64,000 bases of DNA from an uncultured candidate division Zixibacteria bacterium (GTDB lineage Bacteria > Zixibacteria > MSB-5A5 > UBA10806): NCBI GenBank assembly GCA_963801605.1, contig CAWDFP010000007.1, forward strand, positions 320,001-384,000, read 5' to 3'. Positions 52,434 to 63,441 of the stretch are shown here, piece after piece. The notes under the pieces were generated by a model. That model did not search any database. It was not told where the DNA came from and saw nothing but the letters and a program-made list of their open reading frames with translations. Position 1 is the stretch's first letter; every line of letters starts with the position of its first letter. Position numbers and translations under genes: made by a program.

Positions 52434-52858
52434 CAGGGCCTCTGGTATGCAGTGATTATTACTGCGGGATTATTTGATTTATTACCATGCTTATCTCTGG
52501 CATAAAATGTAAATGTATAATTCCCTAACTGACTTTGCGGACCGGGAGCCTGGATGCCCGATGAATAGCGGTTGTCTCCCGCGGTGGAATCTCCGTTTTG
52601 CCCCTGATCGTTCATGGGAAAGTGAATATTATTGGAGGTGCTATCGGGACGGGTTACTATAAAATATACCGAATCGATATCTCCGGCTCCATCCGGGTCG
52701 ATTGCCGTGATCGCTATTAGATACAATAGAGTATCACCTCTTACGAGCGAATCGGGAGCATTGATATCGCTTAATACGGGTGCATAATTTGGTTTGTCAC
52801 ATACGGAAAATAATACTGAAATGATAAAAACGATTGGGAGGAGTATTTTTAATTTCAT
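52433..52858 (-). CDS. Lipoprotein-like secreted protein (choice-of-anchor-X-like)
   Basis: Signal peptide ending in Cys; MNDQG..GD..AGDNRYS motif; ARDKHGNKS. Confidence 0.65.
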   Translation of the reverse strand: MKLKILLPIVFIISVLFSVCDKPNYAPVLSDINAPDSLVRGDTLLYLIAITAIDPDGAGDIDSVYFIVTRPDSTSNNIHFPMNDQGQNGDSTAGDNRYSSGIQAPGPQSQLGNYTFTFYARDKHGNKSNNPAVIITAYQRP

Positions 52859-52961
52859 CAGGCCGCCTATTAACCTTTCGTCGCGGTGTCACTTAATCGA
52901 TATCAATTAATAATAGGCGTCCTCCTTCATATCTGTAAAGCTAAAAAATACGCGACGGTTG

Positions 52962-53861
52962 TCAAGGCAATATTTTGTCGGGACGGAGGGCCGCGCCATA
53001 CCGGAGCCCTCCGGCCGACACCATCAGCATCTTCTGGTTTGTAATACCCATGATGCTTAAAAATATTCCCAGCCCGGGCAAAATAAGTTCGGCCCGCTCG
53101 GGATCGAAAGGAATCATCCGAACTCGCCCCTCCTTATCGGAGCCATCGAATTGGCTGGCAATCCGGCGCATATCTTCTATAGATAGAATGGAGCCATGTA
53201 CCGATTTAGAATCATAACGATTTTCACCGAGCTTGATCGCCGCTACCGATGTGATGGTCCCTCCGGTTGCCAGGACTGCATCCGGTTTAGCATATTGTAG
53301 ACTCGTTATTCCTTCTTCAAGGATTTTGGTCGCTTTATCCAGATAGTTTTTAAGGCCGCCTGCCGCAATTTCCTTTAATTTTAACGCGCCGATTGGAATG
53401 CTGATCGAATCAGCGATAGTTTCTCCCCTGATAACAACGAGCTCCGTTGAACCGCCGCCAACATCGATTAATAAAATCATTTTGCCGTCAATTTTCAGAT
53501 TAAATCGCGCTCCCAGAAAGGTCAACTCCGCTTCTTTCAATCCGGATATTATTGTTGGCGGCTGGCCAACCGAATCCATCACCATTTGCAGGAATTCCGA
53601 TGAGTTTTTCGCCAGCCGAAGAGCCTCGGTACCAATCATAAAAAGCTCATCATAAAGAGCTTCTTTACAGAACAGGGTCACGGCCCTGGCGGTGCGAATC
53701 ATGGCGCTCTGCCTCAGGTAGCCGCTGGCGGATAGTCCCTCGCCGAGCCTCGTCGTCTGTTTTCGATCGGAGATGACCGTCAGGCCATCTATCGAAACAT
53801 CGGCTAACAATGCCAGCACAGAATTGGTGCCAATATCAATTACCAGTCTTCGGGTGCTCAT
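52962..53861 (-). CDS. ppx: Ppx/GppA-family phosphatase, short form
   Basis: IDIGTNS, RLGEG, TEALR, EAELTF, DVGGGSTE, GGT, GLRYG. Confidence 0.88.
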   Translation of the reverse strand: MSTRRLVIDIGTNSVLALLADVSIDGLTVISDRKQTTRLGEGLSASGYLRQSAMIRTARAVTLFCKEALYDELFMIGTEALRLAKNSSEFLQMVMDSVGQPPTIISGLKEAELTFLGARFNLKIDGKMILLIDVGGGSTELVVIRGETIADSISIPIGALKLKEIAAGGLKNYLDKATKILEEGITSLQYAKPDAVLATGGTITSVAAIKLGENRYDSKSVHGSILSIEDMRRIASQFDGSDKEGRVRMIPFDPERAELILPGLGIFLSIMGITNQKMLMVSAGGLRYGAALRPDKILP

Positions 53862-53953
53862 AAATCTCAATATAGGGAAATTTGGAATAAATATTCAAAT
53901 GCTATCTAATTAAGATTAAGATCGGATTTGAAATCTGGCGCTGATAAAATTAA

Positions 53954-53980
53954 GAAAGGGCGGAATCTATCCGCCCTTTC
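53954..53980 (-). terminator. Intrinsic terminator
   Basis: GAAAGGGCGGA/TCCGCCCTTTC perfect stem. Confidence 0.7.
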
Positions 53981-54037
53981 CAACAGGAACCGCTCTTGGA
54001 CGATATGATTTAGAGCTATTTCCCCGCTGTCAGCTCA

Positions 54038-57000
54038 TTATTGACCATTATCCATTCCTACGGCGTGATGGGGTGCAATCAAAGGCGCATCGAGTGGCAG
54101 CGGCGGACAATCCGCGCACGGATGGCAGGTCGGACCGCCTTTGAAATAGGCCACCATATAAGTCACATCGACACCGTTAAAATTGCAGGAAGCGTTGACA
54201 TCCCCTGCTACGAACCAGGTATTGCCGACGGTGCATTCGCAACTATACGGAGGCAACGCCCCGCCCTTGAAATATGCCACACTGTAAGTGACATCGAGAC
54301 CATTGAAGATGCCGGTGTTGTTGACATCGCCCATAAAATATTGACAGTTAGGCCCCGGTCCGGTAGTCACCCTAAAGAGAACCGGAACAATAATTAATGG
54401 TTGATCCGGATCATTTGAATTTACCCTGATCGTATCGTTATAAATTCCGGCGGCCCTGTGTCCATCGAATGTAACCAGAAGTGTATCACCCGAGGCAATT
54501 GGAACGCTGCCGGTATCCGGAGCGATCGTGAGCCAGTTATTGGTGCGATGTATCCCGAAATAGAGCGGTAAATTCCCGATGTTGTCGATATAAATGGAAT
54601 CGATCAAGTCATTGCCGATTTGAACACTCTTATTGAAAGATGCCGGAGAAATTCTGATATCGGGATCGGGTCCGGTCATTACCGTTAGAGAAATTGGGAT
54701 ATTCAGCAAAGGCCGATCGGGATCGTTGCTGTTTATACTGATATTTCCCGAATGGAATCCGGGCGCGAGACTGTGCAGCGCTTAATGTTATAGCTATGGA
54801 ATCTCTAAGGGTTGTGGGGACTGCTCCGGTATCGGGCACTATCGTTATCCAGGGGCTATTCGGATGCAAGCCATACTGAAGAGTTTGAGCTCCGAGGTTG
54901 CCTATGAAAATTGTATCCACAACGGAAAGATGTTCCTCGACAGTATCAACAATAGACTGATGCGAAAGGCGAATATTGGGCTCTGCTCCGGCACAGGGAA
55001 GGTATTCGATATCCAGGCGCATCATGTAATTCTCGTCGGTATCGGCGACCCAAACGGGCGGATTACCCTGGGTATTGCTGAATGAGTTGCCCAGCGGATT
55101 TTCAGGATCGCTGCCCGTGCATGGGAAGTAGAGTGAAGAATCCGGATATTTGACCACCATCCAAACGTCACCAAAATAATTATAAACGGGGACATCGGGA
55201 ATATCTATCGGAATAATAACCGGTACCAGGAACGTGCCAACATGCTCGACTGTCGCAAAAGCGTTTTGAATATCGGGCACTCCCCCGGCATCCGGGCAGA
55301 ACTTCACCCAATCATATTCGGCATATCCGTTTGGATCCTCCGAATAACGGGGCACGAATATATTTCCGCCAAGAATAGTAAAATCCTGATCCAGAGGGGT
55401 GTATCTCACAGCCAGCATCGAATTATTAAACGGCGACGCCACTAAACAATCATCGCTTAGAGTGTCATTGTCATCCTGAATATGTTCCACTATCGTTGAG
55501 GCGTAGAAATTGGATGATAGAGTATTATTGGCGGGGTTATCATCATGAAGCAGAGTCGTTGCCGTAACAGTAAAACTATCGGTCGGCACTCGCGTGAAGC
55601 GCGGAAAGGACAGGGCCTGTTCATCGCCGGGTTGAAGGCTAATACCCGTTAAGGTATTATCATAAACGACTCCCAGTGAATTTCCGGTGATAGTAACCTG
55701 GACATCAAACGTGGCGGGCCGAATGCCATAGTTTTTCACTCTAACTTCAACCGGCGACTCGCATCTTGTTCTGACAAAGCCGGTCGGAGCATCGATAGCA
55801 TGAACACCGGGATCAATTAGAGGAATATTGTAAATACTGAGATCATCGATCCACCAGTATTCCATGACATAATCCAGAGAATCCCAATTCGCTCCTGAAT
55901 TCTGCTCATAACGATAGGCCAGCCAGACATGGCTATTTCCGGCATAATAACTAAGATCAACGATCTGGGGATCTCCTGCAAATCCGTTAATTTGGTGATT
56001 AGCCGGCGTCTGAATCTCAAGGGGAGTGGCTGAAGCAGGATCGAAAAAAGTGCCTGTTGAGACATAGAGCGAATGCCTGAGGCCATTGGCAGCCCAATGG
56101 CTTTGATTTTCGTAATACTCCCAGCGCACACCGCTTGCGCCCGCTAGATTTATCGGAGGAAGAACTAACCAATCATCGGGGGCGCCGTAAGCGTCATAGC
56201 ACGCCTGAGCCGAAGTCACCGGACTGCGAGAATCGATTGTGCTGCCGGTCCAGGTGCTGGAATCGCCGCTTTGATCGATGACGCTCCATCCCACCGGGGG
56301 CCAGGTGCCTTCAAAATCCTGAGAAATCGGAAGCGATACGATACCAATTGATTTCACGTAGGAGCTCATTGAATTATTCTGAGGAACTTGATCCGTGGAA
56401 AGACCTGAAGTCACTACAAGAGTCAGACTATCGGCAACGGGAATATTCCAAGACGAAAAGATGGCCAGGCCGGTTGCCCCGGGAGCCAGAGACATTCCAA
56501 GAGTATCTTTAAAAACCGGCGTCCCGCCCGAATTAAGAATATCGAGATAGGCGTTGAAATTATCAGACATCAGGCCATTGTTTTGTAAAGTGGCTCTTAC
56601 AACTACGGCGCCTCCGACGATCGTTAATTTATAGGTGGGCTGATCGATGGACAATACGGCGATATCATGGTTAATAATGGGCGCGTAAAATTCAATCGCT
56701 TTACCGCTATAGAGCAGCATTTCGACGGGAAGACCATTGCATAGACAGGCCATACCATCGGTGGCATCTTTTTCAATCCCGACAGTTGCCCGCTGCCCCT
56801 GCCCATAATCCAGCGAATTAATGTAGTTATAAAGGTAAAGAATATTACCGTTAGCGTAGAGGATAGCTTCCATATCCATGGGGTCGCCATATTGGCCATA
56901 GATGCTGAATTTGTGCCATTGGATAACAACGTAATCGACCGTAGAGTCAAAATACCGATAATACAATCTGGAAGTATCCGCTCCGGAAGTATCCGCTGGA

Positions 57001-57377
57001 CGAAGATTCAGATCGTCCCAAAAGGGCGCAATCCAATTATCGGCAACCCCGGAATCAGGAACCGGGCAGTAATTGAATCGGGTGGGAGTTGCCTGCGCCA
57101 TGGTGATCAAACCGTTGGTATTTACATTGAATTGCGAATAGTTAACTCCGAAAAAAGGAAAGTTAAAGCCCAGATCAATAGGGCCAAACGAGGCATCATC
57201 GCCATTTCCCAGGCGGACGCCGGTTGAGGTAATATCGATGAAACTGAAAGTTGGGCCGTCGGGCTCCAGATTGTCTTTCCAGGTGTATCCGAAACTATCC
57301 GGGCCTCCTGAATTAGCTAAGGCGGAAACCGTGAACAACAGAAGGCAGATCACGCCCAATCCGATAAATTTTTTCAT
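54038..57377 (-). CDS. Large secreted modular protein (nidogen-like N-terminus, CARDB-like and cleaved-adhesin-like domains, BACON-like domains, dockerin); frameshift near 54750
   Basis: Signal MKKFIGLG; GGPDSFGY, F.FPFFG..Y, IAPFWDDL; DFEG.WPP.GW...DDWL...WWIDD; two WI/LT..PDTG.V repeats; dockerin in ORF 54038..54709. Confidence 0.75.
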
Positions 57378-57657
57378 GTCTCGCATCTCCTTTATATGGC
57401 TTTGCATTATAATCTACTTTCGGGTCTTGCGATCAAGTAGATCTAATGCAAGGCGCCTGCTTTCCCAAAGTCGTTGTCTTGCTCTAAAATAATGTCCTGA
57501 CCTGTTGTTGAGCCGAACCTCCCAATTAAAGGATTATCTTCCGGAATCAGCGGTCGATTCCTGTCATCGATCATTTATCAAATATCAACATCGCGAAGTT
57601 GGTTGGAGCAGTTGATTGCTCCCGGAATCAGAAGACCGTTTCCGCAATAAACTAATC

Positions 57658-59895
57658 CTATTTAAGAAAGATCATTTTGCCGGAAGTAACTTTTTCATTC
57701 GAAATAATTCGGTAAAAGTAAATCCCACCGGCCAATTGACGGCCTACCTTATCCCTGCCATCCCAGACAACTTTGTTCAATCCCTGATGAGCAAAACCAT
57801 TATAAAGCTCCAATACCTTTCTGCCTGTAATATCAAATATATCGAGAGTTGTTTTACCGGCTGACGGTAATGTAAATTCGATTGTCGTAGATGAATTAAA
57901 TGGATTCGGGTAATTGCCGGCGATAATAATATCTTCCGGTAATTCCGGATTAGCATCATCAGCCGCATCGATATGATTATCTAAGAGTAGAATGTGCAAA
58001 CCGTTCATTCTGTCGGCGACATAGATCGTATCGCCCCTGGTGATTATATGATGAGGATCGATGGTATCATAATATCCCACCTGGACCGGATGTGCGGGAT
58101 CGGCGATATCGTATGCCACTACCTGGTCATCGAAAAGAACGATAGCGAAATCGCCGAGGCTGTCGCTTACAAATCCAATATCAACACAATCAGCGTAAGT
58201 TGCAATGCTGGCAACCTCGAAAGGATTGGCTGGATCGCTGACATTATCTATTCGCAGTCCGTTGGCATTATCGGCGACATAAGCAAATCCATTGTGGTAT
58301 CTGGCGGCAAATGTCTGACCATCGGTATCTAATCCTCCAACTATCACGGGAGAATTTTCGTTGCTGATGTTCAATATGCGAAGGCCGGTATTCATGGTCC
58401 CCAGATACAAGTAATTGCCGGATAAATCCATTCCATATCCGGAATGCCAGTTACCCTCGAAATTATTGATAAGGCCAATTTCGCTCGGCGTTCTAACATC
58501 GAGGACTTTCAAAGTCGGGCCGGTATTGATATAAGCGACATCGTTTCGCACTTGATGGCCGCGCGGACCGGAGCTTAAGAGATAAACACCCTGCGAATCA
58601 GGTTGGGCGGGATTGGTAAGACCGTAGATTCGAAAATCGTTCTGGCCGCCATTGATATCGGAGTAATCAACGACATATAGTTGATTCCCGACAATCGAAA
58701 TCCCCTCCCCTACACCCTGATAAGCGCCATTTTGGAAATTGAATTGTTTCCTGTAGACCGGTTTGGGAGCGTTGATATTTTGAAGATCAATTACTCTGAT
58801 GCCCGCCGGTTGTTCGACCATATAAGCGTAGCGACCTGATACGGCAATATCCTGGCATTCGCTATAGGTAGCGATATTGCCGAGCAACTGCGGAAAGGCG
58901 ATATTGGCGGCATTCAGAAGCCAGAGGCCTTCCTCCCCGCCGCATAGATAAATCTTGTTACCGCTGTACGAAATATTCTTTCCATAGCCGTTGTGCCAGG
59001 CGCCGATTAATCTGGGGTTGGTCGGCGTGGCTACATTCGCGATGAAAAGGCCGCCATCCTCTATTGCGGCAAAAACGTAATTGCCGCTCAGATCGATCCT
59101 ATCAAAAGGATAGGTGGTCACCAGATCACCGACCACTTGCGGTACCGCTGGATTAGTGATATTGATTACCTTGAGTCCACCACCCTCGGAATCCAGAGCG
59201 TAAGCTAAATAGGCGTAGTTTCCATTGATCTTAGTATCATACACCCAAACACCGGGAGCATCGACATTCGAAAGCTGAACCGGCGTGCCGGGATCGGTGA
59301 CATCGACAAAATAAAGGCCGCCATAACCGCAGGCAACAGCGGCGATACTGTCCTGCACATCAACACCGAGAGCGGCCTGGTTGACAGGGAATGTCGATGT
59401 CTGAAAGGGACTCTCTGGATCGGAGATATCGACGATGACGAATCCGCCATCAACATCAGCAATATAAGCGTAGAAATCGACAATCGAAATGCCGATTGCC
59501 TCGCTGGGAAGCTGCAGATGAGATACGATAGTTACGTTTGACGGCGTCGAAATGTCGGCGATAATCATTCCTTGTGTACCGCAGGCTATATAGGCGAGAT
59601 TTGCGATAACTACAATTTCCTCCAACTGGCCTTTGAGAGCAAGCTGGCCAAGAAGAACCGGGGCGGCAGGAGTAGTCAGATCATAAATTTGAAGAACGTT
59701 GCCGGAGCCGAGATAGCAGATGTTGCCGACCTCAAAAGTTGAATTGGCCGGACCGGGCAGAGCGCGGCCCAATACTTTGAAACCATAATCGTCTTGAGCA
59801 TAAGCGACGGAGCTAATGCAGCTAAGAATTACAAAACAGAATAGCCACCATCTACGCACCCTGAAATCTCCTCCGAAATCAAACCGATTCATCAC
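57658..59895 (-). CDS. LVIVD-repeat secreted protein with a T9SS-like/FlgD C-terminal domain
   Basis: About a dozen YAY.AD...G..I.D.S.P..P repeats; NYPNPFN...IFDITGR...WDG.D..G...GIYFY...KMIFLK. Confidence 0.88.
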   Translation of the reverse strand: MMNRFDFGGDFRVRRWWLFCFVILSCISSVAYAQDDYGFKVLGRALPGPANSTFEVGNICYLGSGNVLQIYDLTTPAAPVLLGQLALKGQLEEIVVIANLAYIACGTQGMIIADISTPSNVTIVSHLQLPSEAIGISIVDFYAYIADVDGGFVIVDISDPESPFQTSTFPVNQAALGVDVQDSIAAVACGYGGLYFVDVTDPGTPVQLSNVDAPGVWVYDTKINGNYAYLAYALDSEGGGLKVINITNPAVPQVVGDLVTTYPFDRIDLSGNYVFAAIEDGGLFIANVATPTNPRLIGAWHNGYGKNISYSGNKIYLCGGEEGLWLLNAANIAFPQLLGNIATYSECQDIAVSGRYAYMVEQPAGIRVIDLQNINAPKPVYRKQFNFQNGAYQGVGEGISIVGNQLYVVDYSDINGGQNDFRIYGLTNPAQPDSQGVYLLSSGPRGHQVRNDVAYINTGPTLKVLDVRTPSEIGLINNFEGNWHSGYGMDLSGNYLYLGTMNTGLRILNISNENSPVIVGGLDTDGQTFAARYHNGFAYVADNANGLRIDNVSDPANPFEVASIATYADCVDIGFVSDSLGDFAIVLFDDQVVAYDIADPAHPVQVGYYDTIDPHHIITRGDTIYVADRMNGLHILLLDNHIDAADDANPELPEDIIIAGNYPNPFNSSTTIEFTLPSAGKTTLDIFDITGRKVLELYNGFAHQGLNKVVWDGRDKVGRQLAGGIYFYRIISNEKVTSGKMIFLK

Positions 59896-59913
59896 CTAAA
59901 TAACCAAAATATT

Positions 59914-60777
59914 TTATGGCCGCTCTTTATCTCCGGAATGAACAGCGACCGCTTGCGGTTTTATCATGCTATGGTAATCACGGCCTCGTTCCCAGAGGGT
60001 CTCAAAGAGGATCGTGAGGCTGCTGGCCAGAGCGTGATGCTCGATTACCAGCGATGTTTGTCTGCTGGTAGTCTTGTGGTAATCTTCCATAGCGAAAATA
60101 ACTTTAAGCTCATCGACAATAACCATTTTAAGCGGTAGTTTATCAATGATGCGGGCCTTCTCACCCTCGCGGGCCGAGCGCAGAATCTGGCCGAGCATCC
60201 ACTCTTTCTCCTCGGGGCTCTCGGGGATTTCATAGAGGGCTCGAATCTCGATCTGACGTTTGGAGGCCTCGATAGATTCATCGTTTTGCTTTTCAAGTTC
60301 GCGCTTGGGATTGGAGAAAGGCGGTTTGACAAAAACCAGAATCTCCTGTTGGGCGCCGGTGACAAGTTCCATGACGCGCCGAGAGACCTGTTTGGGATCG
60401 CGCAGAAGTTCGATATAATCGAGCGGATCGTTATTGGAGATACCTTTTTCGAATTCGGATTTGAGAGCGTTAGAAACGGCGGATGCGATTCGCTCTTTGA
60501 TGACGAATTCCGCTTTCTGATGTTCAAGCAAACGCTGCATGGCGATCTCGGGAGCGACCGCCTGATATTTTTTCTCTCGTCCGAGAAGCTCTACACAGAG
60601 ACCACTGCGGGCCAGACGATCGAGGATATCGTAGATACGGGTGCGAGGCACACCGGAGAGCTTGGATAATTCTGAGGCAGACGATGATTGTTTACGAAGC
60701 ATCGCCAGATAAGCTTTGGATTCGTATTCGGTGAGGCCGAGCGAGAGAAGCTGACGAAAAGGTTCATCGGTTTTCAT
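59914..60777 (-). CDS. TrmB-family transcriptional regulator
   Basis: LGLTEYESKAYLAML, SGVPRTRIYDIL, and a C-terminal PLKMVIVD...LFETLW effector domain. Confidence 0.9.
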   Translation of the reverse strand: MKTDEPFRQLLSLGLTEYESKAYLAMLRKQSSSASELSKLSGVPRTRIYDILDRLARSGLCVELLGREKKYQAVAPEIAMQRLLEHQKAEFVIKERIASAVSNALKSEFEKGISNNDPLDYIELLRDPKQVSRRVMELVTGAQQEILVFVKPPFSNPKRELEKQNDESIEASKRQIEIRALYEIPESPEEKEWMLGQILRSAREGEKARIIDKLPLKMVIVDELKVIFAMEDYHKTTSRQTSLVIEHHALASSLTILFETLWERGRDYHSMIKPQAVAVHSGDKERP

Positions 60778-60967
60778 TAGAAGGTCCTGAGTTGAGTTGA
60801 CACCACTATCAGTGACAACAGCATGAAAATATAAGATTTATAATATTTGTCAAGATATTATTGAGAGGAAATTTATGATATTTTTAGCGTTAAAAGGATG
60901 ATATAATCGTTAAAATGCTGAGTTCAGACGCTGACTGATAAGATGTTATATATTATCGTATTGCGGG

Positions 60968-62514
60968 CTATTTCAAATAAATTAGTTTAAGTGTTTTAAA
61001 ATTTGTGGCGCTGCCTGCTTTGGCGAAATAGATGCCACTGAGTTACCTCTTCTCCGTTGGCATCGGTGGCATCCCATATTATTTTACCGTGCCTCCTGCC
61101 CATCAAATTAAATGCTCTTAATCAACTTCCCCTGAATGTCATAAATTACAATTTCACCTCCTTTTTCAAATTGGATTAACTAATTAATACACGATGAATT
61201 GAAAGGGTTGGGATAAGCGGAGAAGGAAACTATCTGGAGTAATCTGGTTCATCTTCGGCTTCTAATAGCATCCGCGATTCAGCGTTTATAGTAAATATCA
61301 TCCGCCATTAAGCTATCGGGGTTACAACGGTCATCATCCCAGACTATATGGATTTTCCCATTATGAAGGCTATAACAGGAGATCCGTGAAACCCTTAGCG
61401 TAAGTCAGCCCTCTCAGCACCTCCAGGCTTGACACCGAAATCTGCTACTTAGAAGAAACTATCTCAGCATATAATCCAATTAGCCAAAATCGGATATCAT
61501 CCCAAACCGTACGAATGGTATCATCCGCCAAGCCAATATTGAGGATAAGCTGTCTTATGATTAGTAGTGACTTGATTTCATCTGTGCCCAAGTATAGTCC
61601 CCCGATCTGTAGTAGCTCTTATGAATATGTCACCCAGAAAATGCGGGAGTGAATATTTGCTGTCTAACCAGCATACTAGCGGGATTACCTGATCTCATTT
61701 GCGTATACCAGGCAATGCAGAGGCTGATTGATCAATTGGAGCTATGGGAGATAGTGCCAGATCTAGCCGACCAGCTGTGCCTGCGTCAGTGCTTATAAAC
61801 CTCCCATAGTATCGTCCGCAACTAAAATCTGCCCGCTCACCTGTACCAGATGAACATAAATTGCCTCTTGCAATATTTCATTCTGGGCAAGCGTTTCAGA
61901 TATGTCTGCGTACGCCAATGTCACTTGGCAGTCGCTCCAGGTAGTGCCTAAATTGGAGGAATCATTATGTTAAAGGGTAGCTGTAGTACCGGTGAGTCTA
62001 GCGAATGGCTGTATGACCAGAAATAATGGAATCTCCCTTAAGGCCGTGAAAAATATGACAATGATTGCGCCTATCGGTTGAGACATAAGATGGCGTGCAC
62101 CAGGTTAGATTCCTCACCTGTTGAAGACTTTAATAGCCCACGTTAGTTCTACCCAGTTTATCGGGTATCGCTATCATACCAGACCGACCAAAAGCCTCTG
62201 ATTTATCGCATTAGGTTTAGAGATAGGTTATTAGCCACGATGGCCAGTATCGCGTAAGATCCATAATGTTATGGCTCCAGGTCATGCCCGCCATCGGTGC
62301 TTCTAATATAAGACGATGCGCATTCGCCCAGCCAATTCATGACCAGACCACATGCACCGTATCGTTTCTGGGCAATTACTTGGGGGCTATCTCATAGCCC
62401 CTGTAGAGTGAGGCGCATGTCTTCTGACCAGCCGGCATGGGCGGTATTGTTTGCCAATAAGCAGAGCAGCGCGCAGAGCGAAAAGAGGCGGATTAGAAGA
62501 GGTTTGGTTTGCAT
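60968..62514 (-). pseudogene. Heavily frameshifted secreted BNR-repeat protein with a T9SS-like C-terminal domain
   Basis: Signal MQTKPLLIRLFSLCALLCLLANNTAHA-GWSEDMRLT; Asp-box fragments (STDGG..W, STDAG..W); C-terminal AYPNPFNS...IYDIQG...IIWDATDANG...GIYFAKA...KLIYLK-stop. Confidence 0.7.
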
Positions 62515-62519
62515 AATAT

Positions 62520-62806
62520 AAATCCAGGTTGTCGGGTTTCTTACTTGGTCAGGGACCTCGCTCGGAAACCGACTTACGATGGCTGTGCTCATGCTTACCT
62601 CATCCAAGGGATTCGGAAAGCATGCCACCCGGGTTAATATGTATATAACAGAATTATAGAAAGACGCAACGCATTATCTGAAGGGGCAGACCGGGGGGTC
62701 TGCTGGCCAGATTAATAAAAATCCAGGTTGTCGGGTTTCTCACTCGGCCTAAGGCCTCGTTCGGAACCCGACCTACGGGATCGGAAAGCATGCCACCCGG
62801 GTTAAT
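62520..62806. repeat. Imperfect direct duplication (62520-62638 and 62719-62806), each copy containing a REP family A hairpin
   Basis: Both copies share AAATCCAGGTTGTCGGGTTTCT and TCGGAAAGCATGCCACCCGGGTTAAT. Confidence 0.8.
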
Positions 62807-62817
62807 GAAAAATCGAA

Positions 62818-63441
62818 TTAGAACGGGAGGTGGGTGTAGATATCGCCAATGAAAAGTTGTTCGAATTCCTCGAGGGCGGCAATGCTCTGGGGATCGTCAG
62901 ATGCCACGAAACGGACAAACGCCTTGTCGGTCGGGCGAAGAGTCAGAGAGCTAATCATGGTATTGAGCTTGAGCATGTAATCGTTGGCGGTTTCGCCGTA
63001 ACGGGTGATGTACCAGTAGTCCATGACGGCGCGAGACTGGCCCATCGAAAGTCTCATGCGGTGAGCCTTGATGTTTCGTCCGGCGGCCTCGATAGGATGC
63101 GGTTTGGAATCATCGATGACCCATCCGGAGCCGGGCAGGCAGTTACGCGGCGAATGAATGGCGCCAGTGGTATTCTCAGGCGAAAAGTAATCGATAAAAA
63201 GCTGAACTCGTCTCCCCGATTGATTACTGTAGGTGGCCGAGAAAAGATTATCAGGACTGAGTAATTCCCGAATATCAACGGAGACGTTATCGGATTGACC
63301 TACCCAGCCGTTGGCGGCGAGCGGGAGTTGTTCGACAAGAACTTTCCGTCCCACGGGGGCGCGATAATATTTCAGCACGGTGCAGGCCGCGAAAGTAAAA
63401 ATGAGTATCGCCAGGATCGCTATGAACGATTTCTTTTCCAT
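62818..63441 (-). CDS. epsI: Exosortase-associated EpsI-family protein
   Basis: LPL...GW.G, LFIDYF, IHSPRNCLPGSGW, YWY, D.AFVR. Confidence 0.85.
   Translation of the reverse strand: MEKKSFIAILAILIFTFAACTVLKYYRAPVGRKVLVEQLPLAANGWVGQSDNVSVDIRELLSPDNLFSATYSNQSGRRVQLFIDYFSPENTTGAIHSPRNCLPGSGWVIDDSKPHPIEAAGRNIKAHRMRLSMGQSRAVMDYWYITRYGETANDYMLKLNTMISSLTLRPTDKAFVRFVASDDPQSIAALEEFEQLFIGDIYTHLPF

Noticed and set aside
15521..54330. DGR template/variable-repeat pair between the similar dockerin-coding segments
   Set aside because: Both copies are coding, the differences do not look adenine-specific, and there is no reverse transcriptase in the window.
32768..62806. CRISPR array or integron attC array formed by the repeated hairpins
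   Set aside because: Copies are dispersed with no regular spacers, and there is no cas or integrase gene; the GTAG feet fit REPs.
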